A DNA stretch of 63,643 bases, the filler included, from Licmophora abbreviata (lineage: Eukaryota), in NCBI GenBank assembly GCA_900291995.1. It is 12 parts of 12 records of this genome, joined end to end, with 100 filler letters (N's around TTAATTAATTAA, not from the genome) between each part and the next. Parts side by side here need not be neighbours in the genome. Positions count along the whole stretch, not along the records: positions 1 to 6,565 come from OLMU01004947.1; positions 6,666 to 24,185 come from OLMU01004948.1; 10 more parts are not named here. One strand, written 5' to 3'. Position 1 is the first letter of the stretch. Each line of letters starts with the position of its first letter. Positions 1 to 10,825 of this stretch are shown piece after piece. The notes under the pieces were generated by a model, which saw nothing but the letters and a program-made list of their open reading frames with translations, was not told the DNA's origin and made no database searches. The position numbers were made by a program, and so were the translations under genes.

Positions 1-839
1 CGAATCACACCGTCTCATGTTCTCGTTGCTTCCGCCACTCCCGCAAGACGATTGCAACCATGCTCCTGCCTAAGCTCATCGCATCCCCATCAATGCACGG
101 CGATTCCCGGTAAACTCAAACGGAAGTCGATTCGATCGATTCTATCGCCTCAAAGTTGTCTAGCGATGATCTCGACGCGTTGACCCACGTCCTTCTCATG
201 ATCGTCGATACTTATCCTGATGAAGCTTCATTCCAGTCATCATCGTCAGTCTGGAAGAGTCTCAAACAGCATGCACTACCTCTCGGTTCCTCGCATCGTC
301 TGAATCGCTGAACGAACACGGAAAGTCGCCCGCGACACCGAAAGAACATTGTGACTGCAAGCTTGCGGATGAGTTGATAGCCGAAGCAGGATCGCCCAAG
401 AAAGAAAAATAACAACAGGTCGACTCGACTCGAGCGTTGCAATGTCTCCATTTCCCGATCGTTTCCCGATGTCATCAATTGGTTAAGGTCCCAGTCCTTC
501 ACGTGTCCCCGGACTACAATTCCCGTGCCTGATTCCCGGTATGTTTATCGACCATGCTGTCGCCTCTGTCAGCTCTCCTCGCCCTTTGCTTTCAGAATGG
601 GTTGCGTCGTCAAGGACTTCGGTGAGAAGAGCTGGCATGAAAGGATGCCCTGTAGCAAGCAACGACTCTCGGTAGCTGTTCCCTGCCCTCAATGGATCGA
701 GACGACGCAGAAGAGTCGCGCTGCGACGCGCGTTGGGCAAACGACTCTCATGCTTCGTATCGGAGCATGCTCAAGCAGCTTATACACTCTAGCACTTCTT
801 CTTATACAGCTTTCTCGTCACGCCGCAGGGAAATCTTGA

Positions 840-1390
840 GAACGAGACTTTCGCCGCCACTCCGTTCCTTGGAGACTGCGACGCTGCCTGCGGACGTACG
901 CCTACAGTGTGCCCTCCAACAAGGACACTGCTCAGATGGAGCAAGTGCGCTTTGTCTTGTTTCGCCACGCTTCCGGTGTCATCGTATGGTTTCATACTAA
1001 GAAACTGAAGCAATGCGGCTATGGCGTCCTCGCGAGACTCAATGTTTTCCGTTACTTTCATGTCAGTGTACAAGCTGGGCTAAAACCTTGCGAAAGTCGG
1101 GCACCGACACTTTTTCCATGTAGTCCGTGGGGACAAAGTCCAAGGAGTCTATTGCGTACTCCTCTTCCATCGAATCACCCAGATCTTCGTCATCGTGAAG
1201 AGGGACCATCGTGGAGTGAAATTCGCAACAGCACTAGGAACGAGACAGCGGGACTTCCAGATTTCGCTTGAGTGCAGTGAAACAGCTCTGACACGGCTGT
1301 ATGATGGTATCCGATTGGATTTGCAGGCATCGCGCCGACGACTTCGTATGAGTCATCACCTTCCGCGGCATTGACAGCAACCACGTGATG
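840..1390 (-). pseudogene. Decayed fragment of the coatomer gamma subunit (gamma-COP) C-terminal appendage domain
   Basis: Three minus-strand frames, broken by stops and frameshifts, read VAVNAAEGDDSYEVVGAMPA / CEFHSTMVPLHDDEDLGDSMEEEYAIDSLDFVPTDYMEKVSVPDFRK / REDAIAALLQFLSMKPYDDTGSVAKQDKAHLLHLSSVLVGG. In order these resemble the gamma-COP appendage (EEEY.LE.L...DY...V.V.DFRK; DAV..VL.FLGM.P.DGTG.V....HMLHLSG.FVGG). Boundaries are approximate. Confidence 0.6.
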
Positions 1391-2037
1391 CTACAAAGCA
1401 TCCGTCGAAAAGCTCTGTCGAACAGATCGACGATGATCCATCAACCACACATGTGATGCGTGATGTGATCTGTTATGTCTTTACTGTGGTCTGCAGTCTG
1501 CGTGTGGTCGAAACAGCGCGCGCCATAAAAAATCCTTTTTAACCCTTAAAGGAAGAGATCATTCTGCGACGCCCGACAAAGAGAACGTGTCGTTGGGCCT
1601 TAAAAGCGTCACGGTTAGTTTTGAAGTTGATGGAAGTTGGTCGATTTCTGGGTCCGTCTCCAGCAATGTGAGAGACAATGGAGCATACTACCAGAACTCA
1701 ATTCTGATTGATGAGAGTCAGAGTCTACTAAATAGTGAGAGAATCTATCTACGGAGGACCGACCAACCGGTCGACTGACAGACATCCAGGATCTGCTATC
1801 TTTCCATCTCCAAACGATGTCCGATCATCAATCGTTCAATCATTCCAGCTGCTCTGAACGGACATCAGGATTGAAGACGATTCCATTCGAAAAGATTTCG
1901 AGAAAAAGAGTTCCATGTGGCAGGGGGGTTAGCCAGCCGCCAGGTAGACCTCTACCAATACTACGTTTGATAACTTAGCAGTAGAATGAGCCGTCTTTCA
2001 GTAGCATACATACATCTCTAGTCCACGTAAGAACGAG

Positions 2038-2907
2038 TTACAAAAGTGCATTTCCCAGTAACGACTCGTTGCTGTCCGCGCCATCATCCTTTCGGTCGTA
2101 GACGAATACTCGAATGCCGAATCGGTCCAGCTGTACCTTGACATCACCGTCAAAGTCGAGCACAAACTCCACACGTGACAACTGTCGAACGAAGGCTACC
2201 CGACCCGTAATGGACTGCGCCGCCACAATCCGATGTCGCGGAAGCACATCTTCCGGAAGATCTTTCGGGTCGCTCCCTCGAAGATTCGCCACCATCGTAT
2301 CGATCTGGTCATCAGTTGTCCCTGCATTGACGTCTAGAATTACCAAGGCATTGTGATAGGTTGACAGCAAATAAAGAACACGACGGAGCTTTGGACATCC
2401 GATGTCATTTCTAGGAATTGAAATGACGACCGTACTGCCACGAGGAGGGGGCGTCGGGGGTACATTCGCTTCCTCCGACGATAAGATCCGCATAAAGACA
2501 TGCGCTCGTTCCTTTCGATTGTTGGCAATCACGTCGGCGGATTCTGCCTGTTCGTGAGTCGCCGCCTTGGAATATCGAAGCGGCAAGAGACCTTCCGAAA
2601 GGAGCGATATTCCCCCTCGATCCATCTTGGCGGAACTGGAAGGCGCCATGTGTGGAGGCAACCTTGTGTTTTTGGCCAGCAACGTCAATACTTCACTATC
2701 GTTTGCGTCATCTGATCGTCTCCTTGTGGCAGCTGGGGCTTCTCGATGTGCTGCTCGAGTGTTTTGGTCGTGAGTTCCTTGCGGTGGCGTCGGGGACAAG
2801 ATTGGCTTGAGGATGCAAAAGTAAACAACAAACGACACGACAGCAAACACGACAGCCGAAATCGGGATCGATTCCAAGGCGTCTAGAGAATCGGTGGAAG
2901 AACTCAT
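2038..2907 (-). CDS. N-terminally membrane-anchored protein, PEX22-like (peroxisome biogenesis)
   Basis: 289-aa ORF with an N-terminal TM helix (AVVFAVVSFVVYFCIL). The C-terminal TGRVAFVRQL...LDFD....QLDRF resembles the plant PEX22 motif GRTSFVRQL...HID....QLARF. Confidence 0.5.
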   Translation of the reverse strand: MSSSTDSLDALESIPISAVVFAVVSFVVYFCILKPILSPTPPQGTHDQNTRAAHREAPAATRRRSDDANDSEVLTLLAKNTRLPPHMAPSSSAKMDRGGISLLSEGLLPLRYSKAATHEQAESADVIANNRKERAHVFMRILSSEEANVPPTPPPRGSTVVISIPRNDIGCPKLRRVLYLLSTYHNALVILDVNAGTTDDQIDTMVANLRGSDPKDLPEDVLPRHRIVAAQSITGRVAFVRQLSRVEFVLDFDGDVKVQLDRFGIRVFVYDRKDDGADSNESLLGNALL

Positions 2908-3368
2908 CGGGGGCGGTCACAGGGTGTCAAGAGCAGAGTTTATGGGGAGTGAGAAGCAGCGATGCTGGTACAAGTACGCCGCTCGTCTCTGCGGCGGCTG
3001 ATGCTAATAGTCAGGTTCTTTCGTTGGAGCTGTTGGCCGTGTGCCGTGGTGTGGGTTGGATGATGGCGCCGCACCGCGCGGGGGCTGACGACGCGCATCG
3101 CGAGACGAGACGAGACGAGACTCGTATCATAGACTCATCAATAGCCTAATGGCTTGCGTTTGAGAGAGCATGGTCGCTCTCTAATTTCCGTCGGAAAGCT
3201 TTTGCACCGCTAAGTAGAATGGTCTAGTCATCTCTATCACGGTTTACTAGGTACTCTAGCAAGTGTGCGAATATTAGCGATGCAAGATACAATGAACAAA
3301 GCCACCAACCGAGATCGATCGAGAATCGAGACGAATAGTCCGACAGGATACTCATTTGATTATGCTGC

Positions 3369-3956
3369 TTACAACTCAGCCGCATCAGCCTGCTTCTGGA
3401 GGTAGTCCAAGAGAACCGTAAGGGCACGAGTCTCCTCTCCAAAGTCCGTAATGACAGCACAGCTCGTGCGGACCGCCTTCTTGACTTCGCCTTCTTCGTC
3501 AAGCTTGGCAAGTCCGCACCAGGCACCAAGGTCCTTTCCAGTTTCGACCATGACGACGTGGACTTCTCCTTCGGCACACAAAGCGCGGATGAGCTTCTTG
3601 TACTCCTCGTTCTCGCAGTCCTTGGCCAGACAGCAGAGACGCGCGGCGCGGCGGTCGAGAGCCTTGGCGCACTCGTGAAGTCCCTTCTTGAGACCATCAT
3701 GAACCATGGCCTTCTTCAGGACCTGACGTAGAAATGAAGTTGAGGAACGGATGATTCAAGCGTGAGAGAACGGAATCCGAGAAGGCCATCCACTCATGCA
3801 GTATCATACAAGTACTCGGACGACACCAACAGTAGCCGCGTGCTCGTTTCTCGTTTCGAAACTCACCTCCTTGAGAGCATCCAAGACACTCATCTCGACT
3901 TCTTCTTCCACCTCCTCGACGGGAGCCTCCATTGGGGTTTCTTCTTCGTCAGCCAT
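3369..3956 (-). CDS. RPS12: 40S ribosomal protein S12 (eS12), 2 exons (3956-3867, 3722-3369)
   Basis: Spliced product [10 protein letters not shown]...[57 protein letters not shown]...[14 protein letters not shown]...[11 protein letters not shown]. Intron 3866-3723 runs GTGAGT...CAG. Confidence 0.95.
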
Positions 3957-4855
3957 GGTTGCAGTTGTTTAGCTTGACTCTCACACTACTCTTGCAAGGG
4001 CAGGTTCCTCGAATGAGACCTTTACCTCGTACAACAACGGGGCGAGTCAGTCGGTAAGCGGTAAAGCACGACAGCCGTACAATTCCGATGGGTCATGAGT
4101 GGGAGTTGTTCAGTCTTTGAAACCTGACGAAGGATGGACTGCAAGAAGGCCTACGTCGTGAGACTGGATCAAACTGTACACGGTTCACGCTGAAAAGTTT
4201 ATTTATGTATAAATTCTTGTAGTAAAATTATTAATGGATACCTTTTTTCGCGCCAAAACTTACGTGGAAAACTTAGTATGTTGTACGTAGCGTGGACTGG
4301 CGCGCGTTCTGTATTTAACGTAAATTCGCCGGCAGAGTTCATCAACTTCCCATTCCAGCTTGGCCGGCAGACGCGTGTGCGAGGAAGATGAGTGTGCGCG
4401 GCACTCATCGATTGCATTGGTGCAAGTGTTTCAATTTTGGAGGCCTTGATGTGGTCCATTGAGCGTTTGTTTTGTTGATTAGATAGGTAAATTTGGCACG
4501 CATTTGGTGTACAAAGAGCAATAGCAACGAAAAACTCTCGAAAACGACGGAATATTGCTCGAGAACTGTCATTGGGCTCGACTCGTCGACCAGACCGCGC
4601 TTGTCCAAAGTCATTCGCTAGTCGAATAGTAGTGCTCGCACTGCTGGCCATTGAAAGAGTCCCGTTTGGACTTATTTCAGGTTGACACTCGAATCTTCTT
4701 CTACAGATCAGTCGAAAAGACTCTGCGACCATTCGGGCACTACGGCAGATTTTGTGAAACGAGCAACCGTAAATCTCGTTTTTCAGCAAGCCTTGAGGCA
4801 AAAGCACGGACGCAAGGACCGAGTCGTAACTGTACATAAACTGTCAACAACAAGC

Positions 4856-6760
4856 ATGTCGTCGACAGTTCCAGCGGACCAGTCGGGAAACGAAAATATG
4901 GCAGGAGAGGGACAGAAGAGTACCGGATCTACATCCCAAGCGGCTTCGGTGCCCCAGAGCCAGGGAGAGGATCACCCCACGGTCACTCCTGTCCCCGCGA
5001 CAGCTGCAGTGACGAGTCGTGTCCCTGTGGCTCCGCCTCCTACTCCCACTGGAGGGATTCCCATCGCATCCGGAGAAAGTGCGGTACCCACTGCGTCGCC
5101 GTCGGAGGGCATTGGATCTATGGACTTCTCTGCAATGAAGGATTCGATGGACGCGGCGCTGGCATCGATGGGACCGACCGGCAGTCCGCCTGCTGTAGAG
5201 ATTCCAGAGGCATCGGCGATAACCGGTGACAAGCAAGCGGAGTTGCGTGCTATGTACCTAGCGGGATTTCGGGCAGCAGCGCAGGCGCGACAGCAACAGA
5301 ACTTGCGAGACAATTACGAGAATGCTGCAAAGCAGACGCCGGCAACAAGGTCGTCGACTGGGACTGTTCAGCCTGTCGGTCTTGCTTCTTCGGCGCCGAC
5401 GGCCGCTACGATACCATTGGCAGGAGCGAGACTTCCAGAAACGGCGAGAGGAGCTGGCGCCGTCGTGATTCCTATGGACAGTTCGATTGCTGCAGGTGTC
5501 ATCCGAATTCAACCTTCTTCCGCCAAAAGTCCGGCTGGTTTGCTCGGCGCATCGTTGCAAGAGCACCAAAAACGACGAATGAGTACACGAACAACATCGA
5601 GTGTCTCGTCTTCACCTTCGCTGTCGGCATCATCAGGATCGCCGGCGAGTGCGGGTCATTCCAATCCATTCCCGCGGAAACTGATGGAAATGCTGCGAAA
5701 GGAAGATCCGTCCGTTGTAGCTTGGCTGCCACGAGGGGACGCATTCTCGGTTCGAGATCCCGACAAGTTCATTTCAGATATTCTACCGCGCTATTTCCGG
5801 CACACCAAGCTGACCTCCTTTCAGCGGCAGCTCAATCTATACGGGTTCCGGCGAATAACGAAGGGTCCCGATGCTGGTGCCTATCGTCATGAAATGTTTC
5901 ATCGAGACCATCCAGATCATTGTATGCAGATGAAGCGATCCAAACAAAAGGGGTCAGCCTCTCCGCAGCTCAGAGGTCGAGGGAGATCAAATTCAGTGTC
6001 TTCTCAAGGATCTCCCCTCATGTCACCCGAACAGAGTCCCAACTTGCATGGGCTTGAACCGAGTCCACTCAGCGCGAGCGCACCGTCCATCATGGTGGGA
6101 ACGTGAGTGAAGCCTGAATTTTACCCGGACGCTGTTATTTACCCTTTATCCTTATCTCACGTTTTGCCTTGTTGACCCTCCAATCAGGTCCGAGGTAGCA
6201 GCAGTAGAGGAGCTTCACGCCCAGTTTCGTACGCAATCGCCACCTTCCACGACAGCGATGCATGTGCCGCATACGGGCCTTGGGATCCTCCAGAATGGAA
6301 GTGCCTTCAACAAGCCACTGGTCTCGTTCGCTGGCCTGACAGCCGAGCAGCAACGGGATCTTGCTGACCGCGAGCGCCAAGCGAGTGCACTGGCAGCGGC
6401 GGGCATGGTGGCAGAAACTGTATCTAGTGCTCTGCCTGTCCAGTCGACTGGAATGGCCACTGTGGCTGTAGATGGCATGAATTGGGGCGTGCTAGACACA
6501 GCGCTGGACGACATGGAGATGGATTTCGCAAATTTGTTCGATCAATCGGTAGAACTGGAATCCATNNNNNNNNNNNNNNNNNNNNNNNNNNNNNNNNNNN
6601 NNNNNNNNNTTAATTAATTAANNNNNNNNNNNNNNNNNNNNNNNNNNNNNNNNNNNNNNNNNNNNTGGAATCCATGCAGGCGGGTGCGATAGAGGGTTGG
6701 CCAGGCAGTGGCGATGTGAAGAACGGCGACTCATCGAATAATCAGCAACAGAATCCATGA
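4856..6760 (+). CDS. Heat shock factor (HSF-type DNA-binding domain) transcription factor; intron 6103-6187; runs through the first spacer
   Basis: [16 protein letters not shown]...[48 protein letters not shown]...[19 protein letters not shown] intron joins the 6258 frame. TGGAATCCAT flanks both sides of the gap, giving ...[15 protein letters not shown]...QQNP* ending at 6760. Confidence 0.9.
6566..6665. other. Artificial contig spacer N44-TTAATTAATTAA-N44 (first of 11: also 24186-24285, 30607-30706, 38576-38675, 47273-47372, 49222-49321, 51481-51580, 54005-54104, 56230-56329, 58007-58106, 60775-60874)
   Basis: Identical 100-nt blocks with a central linker carrying stop codons in all six frames. 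Confidence 0.98.
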
Positions 6761-7383
6761 CGACCTTGGGGGTCGCGGGAGTTGCTCAGATTTAGTATCA
6801 CTGTCGACGATCGGCGATCGACGGACCGAATAGCAGAAACGCGTGCTGTCTGACAATGTCATAGAGACTCGTTTTCAGGGGCGACACCACTTTGCAGAGT
6901 GAGGGACGAAAGGGGGCCACGTCTTTGTGAGCGACTAGCGCCAAGCCGCAATGCGGTCCAGGACGCGACGAGACGTCAAGCCAGAACGGTCGACCTGCCT
7001 TTGACGGCAGCGGCTGGCTAAGGCAGTATAGTGTGCATTTCTAACAGTAGGCAGACGATGAACAAACATACTGACAAAAAGTGGTCGGCAGCAGATCTCA
7101 CTAATACTACGACACGAGCTAATACCAAGTGAGACGTAGGGATACTCTCTCGAGTTGACAAACTAGTTCTGTACAGAAGGCTTATGTGAGTGAGCACCGG
7201 TACGAAATTCTAGCGACTCGATAAAAGGATTGATTCTGCGAATCACAATTTTGATTCTTCGGGGAGCACAACGCAGGCAGAACGATGGTCGTGACAATTT
7301 GCCAATGTCCGCTTCAATTATGACCCTTTGGCGTACCGCAAGGAATCACAACTCGAGTTTTGTTGTGTCGGATTGTTTGCTCA

Positions 7384-8796
7384 TCAAGCATTGTCCCATT
7401 GAACGGCCTTCTTTCTTAGATTGTATTGGCGTACATCTCCGTCGTCGTAAAGGACTGTGTGCTTGCCGGTCGTGTCGTCGTAGGACTGGACGATCCCTGC
7501 GTAATAGTTTCCCTTAGTCCATCGAATTCTCAATCTTCTCCCCACGAAGTTCTGTGGCATCGACCAGTCGGTACCTTCATCGTGGTCGAAAGTCGTTGAA
7601 TTCAGCTTCAGACATTGACGGAGCTCATCAATAGCTTCCAGCATCTCATGGCTGCGACAAGAGCAGGTATTTCTGTACGCTAGAACCACTGCACAGTACA
7701 AACACGAAGGATCTCCGCTAAGCACCGCGTCGATCTCTGACTGCTCGAAAACCCGCACTTTGTCGTCGTCGAGCAGGACCCATTCATCATCTGGTGCTCG
7801 TCGGATCAAGGTAACGTAGTGTCCCTGCTCTTCCTCGTTCACTTCTTCTACTTGCTGATCCTCTGATAGGTGTAGAATCGCACCACTCAGTTTGTAACGC
7901 AAACAGCAGGGGCTCGTCGACTCGACCAGTGACGCATCGCAGTACTGCGTCATGTCTAGATGTTGATGAACAAGAAATTCGTTCTCCATTCGAACCATGG
8001 TTCCTTGTCGATACAGAAATCGCTGTGGCTGAAGGAGCAGATACTGTGGAAGTCCTGTGAAAAGCATAGTCCTATGAGTTGTCCACTCCAAGTCATCACT
8101 CGACGAATCGCGGCTGTCTTGCTGTGGCCATGCATAGCCCGCCAGGAGTTCCGGTTGGACTGTCGCGTGAAACAGTGCGTCCTGTAGAGTCGCATAGGAT
8201 CCCGGCAGAGGGAAAGGACATGCGATGGACCGCTCCTTGCCAACTTTAGAATGATGTTGCGGCATTTCATTGTCATCTGTATGGTCAGTCCGAGTCGCAG
8301 CAGTGCCGAGGAGTTTCTGTCTTGACGTGCCACCTGTCAAGGACACATCTAGTATCCTCTTCAGAGTCCGCAAGGGCGAAAGCTCCCTACTGCTCTGCTC
8401 TAAGCATTTTTGCCTTATGGCTTGGAGTAGTAGTCGAAAAGCCGTTGCCGCATCCCCCAGCTCGTGGGGAGAGACTGCGAATGAGCTGCTAGACTCAAGA
8501 GCGCGGTAGAGTCGCGACGGATCCAAGGGTACGTCGTTCTGGGCACTCGTCGCAGTGCCACTGTAATTCGAGCCCAGCCTTGCCAGCTCTTCAAACCAGG
8601 ATAGTTCATTTCCTTCCACTGCATTTAGTTGCGCTGTCTCGCCAATCATACAGAGCGCCTGTCGCAGCTCATCCACGACACACAGCAAGAGCTGCAGGGC
8701 GCTTGTCAAATGACACGCCACGCCGGAGATATTGAGGATTCCTCGAGGCTGAAAAGCAATTCTGTCGCCTGGTTCTGCGGCACTCATGGTTCTCAA
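7384..8796 (-). CDS. Ubiquitin-specific protease (peptidase C19) with C-terminal Tudor-like domain
   Basis: Cys box PRGILNISGVACHLTSALQLL; LPQYLLLQ..RF; His box YKLSGAILH...GHYVTLIR...WVLLDDDKV; C-terminal VGRRLRIRW..GNYYAGIVQSYD..TGKHTVLYDDGD is Tudor-like. Confidence 0.8.
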   Translation of the reverse strand: MRTMSAAEPGDRIAFQPRGILNISGVACHLTSALQLLLCVVDELRQALCMIGETAQLNAVEGNELSWFEELARLGSNYSGTATSAQNDVPLDPSRLYRALESSSSFAVSPHELGDAATAFRLLLQAIRQKCLEQSSRELSPLRTLKRILDVSLTGGTSRQKLLGTAATRTDHTDDNEMPQHHSKVGKERSIACPFPLPGSYATLQDALFHATVQPELLAGYAWPQQDSRDSSSDDLEWTTHRTMLFTGLPQYLLLQPQRFLYRQGTMVRMENEFLVHQHLDMTQYCDASLVESTSPCCLRYKLSGAILHLSEDQQVEEVNEEEQGHYVTLIRRAPDDEWVLLDDDKVRVFEQSEIDAVLSGDPSCLYCAVVLAYRNTCSCRSHEMLEAIDELRQCLKLNSTTFDHDEGTDWSMPQNFVGRRLRIRWTKGNYYAGIVQSYDDTTGKHTVLYDDGDVRQYNLRKKAVQWDNA

Positions 8797-9299
8797 TGCC
8801 TGTCACAGGCGACAGCATCAGCGGGATTCGTGACAATTGGAAGTGATCCAACCCGTCGGGACGCCATGGGCAACTTTCGAATTTGTGAGTGGATATACCT
8901 TTTTCGGCCGTTTGACTAAAATCTAAAATCGCATCCATTTTGACGTAAACGTCTGTCCGTCAGATCACGACTGAGTCATCAAAGTTTCGAAACCAGCAAC
9001 ATCACACGGCGAAAGTTGAAAGTTGAGGATTGACGATGTTGTCTTCGAGAGACGCGCGTTCAGCACTCTGAAGATTGTTGGTTTCTTTGTTCAAGCTTCT
9101 CTCTCTTCGAAGGCCTATCTGTACCCAGTTCTTCACTGTGTTCTTGAGCCTCTACTCCTCGCCCTCCACAAAATTGAGAAGGAAATCTGTTCTTGTTAGA
9201 GGGCTTTATCGACGAAGCAAGCTACCAATTCTGAATTTCTGAGATTCGCCACCAAACCGGCTCCTCGTAAACTTGCCTTCCGATCGTGGCCGAAACACA

Positions 9300-10732
9300 A
9301 TGAGTCACTCAGTGTCAGTACCAAGGTCCCGCTTACGAAGGAGCTTTCTCCGACCATTGCTGTGTGCTATCTTCTGTTTCTGTCTTCCCTTGTCGTCGTC
9401 CGCGTTCCTGGTCTCCACGAGACTGGCGACGGCACCCGCGCCGCGTCTCATGGCATCCGTCGAGACGGAGGCTGACACTGGATCGTCACCACCTCCACCT
9501 TCGCCCTCTTCGTCGTCCGATTCGTCAGCGTCCACGTTCGGGCGCTGGGAAGAATCGCATGGCAACTATCTCTTGCGACCTTCGGTCGATCAGGGACCAC
9601 CGCGTGCCTTGTTACACTTTCTAGGAGGCGCCCTGGTGGGAGCCGCACCGCATGTGAGCTATCGCTATATGCTGGAACGACTCGCTGAAAAAGGATTTCT
9701 CATTGTCGCAACGCCGTACCACCTTTCCTTTGATCACTTGGAAACGTGCGATGCCGTCATTAGTCGATTTGAACGCATCGCGCCGTCGCTGGCGCGACAA
9801 TACGGAGCAGTACCCGTGGTGGGCGTCGGACACTCGTGCGGTGCACTGCTGCAGTTGTTGATTACATCGCTGTTTCCGGATACACCACGCGCCGCCAATG
9901 CTTTGGTGAGTTTCAATAACAAGCCTGTGCAAGAGGCCGTACCGCTCTTCGAAGAAGTGTTTGCACCGTTCTTCACTACCATTTCCAGCAAGAATGGAAC
10001 GATCCCAAGCAGTACAGAGATCTTGACAGTGGGGCTGCAGTTGGCCCGGTCGGCAACCGAAGGTGAGAATTCAGTGCGTAATCGGGTCGCTTTCGACTGT
10101 GACTGGAGGCTTGTTCACTCATTCGCTCGCTCGCTCCCACGATAGGCAACCTACCATCGGACGAACTATTGACAAGGATAGCAAAGCTGGGCTTGCCATC
10201 TGATATGGCTGAGAACATTGCAATACCCGAGGCTCTCCGAGAGGCGTTTTCGACGGTCACATCGCCAACTACAGCCGCCTTGACGGGATCCCAAGTTCTG
10301 CCGTATCTCAATCAGGTGGTAGAGACATTGGATCAAATACCTGAACTGATCGAAGAGGTAGCGTCTGGTGCTCGCGATTTTGTTCCACCTCCAGCATCGG
10401 TCCGATCGGCTGCGCGTCGGGCGTACCGTGCGAGACGAACTCTGATTTTGCAGTTTGACAACGATCCATTAGACGAGTCGGAAAAAATTGAGGAATTGCT
10501 CACAGAAGCCGAGAGAGTGACGCGCATGAAGCGGCCCATGATTCAGATCGATGTGCAACGACAAACCCTCAGCGGTGGTCATGCAACGCCATTGTTGGCA
10601 CCACCGTTGGACTTTGCATCTAGATTCGAGGATATATTGGGGGCAGAAACCGCAAGGCAATCGTTGCTCTACGAAGAAGCGGATGCCACTGTAGACCAGC
10701 TTGTTCGATGGCTCGAAGAGGGCAGTCTATAG
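9300..10732 (+). CDS. DUF1350-like alpha/beta hydrolase, probably plastid-targeted; intron 10063-10145
   Basis: HFLGGALVGAAPHVSYRYMLERLA..GF.IVATPY...FDH and nucleophile elbow GVGHSCG. Hydrophobic signal followed by SSA-F, as in diatom bipartite presequences. A GTGAGA..TAG intron joins ORFs 9273 and 10169 in frame. Confidence 0.8.
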
Positions 10733-10825
10733 CTTGGCGAGAACGAATCAGTGCTATCACCTAAACATTCGCTAGCTTTCTACTTTACGCTATCTCGTTA
10801 AAAATAAATATTGTATCAACGTAGA

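Noticed and set aside
1..800. Short ORFs at the window start
   Set aside because: No recognisable motif or consistent exon chain; may be more decayed sequence but cannot be supported.
6610..6621. TTAATTAATTAA recurring 11 times, and ORFs ending in X...LIN
   Set aside because: It is a synthetic all-frame stop linker inside N spacers, not a biological repeat or motif.
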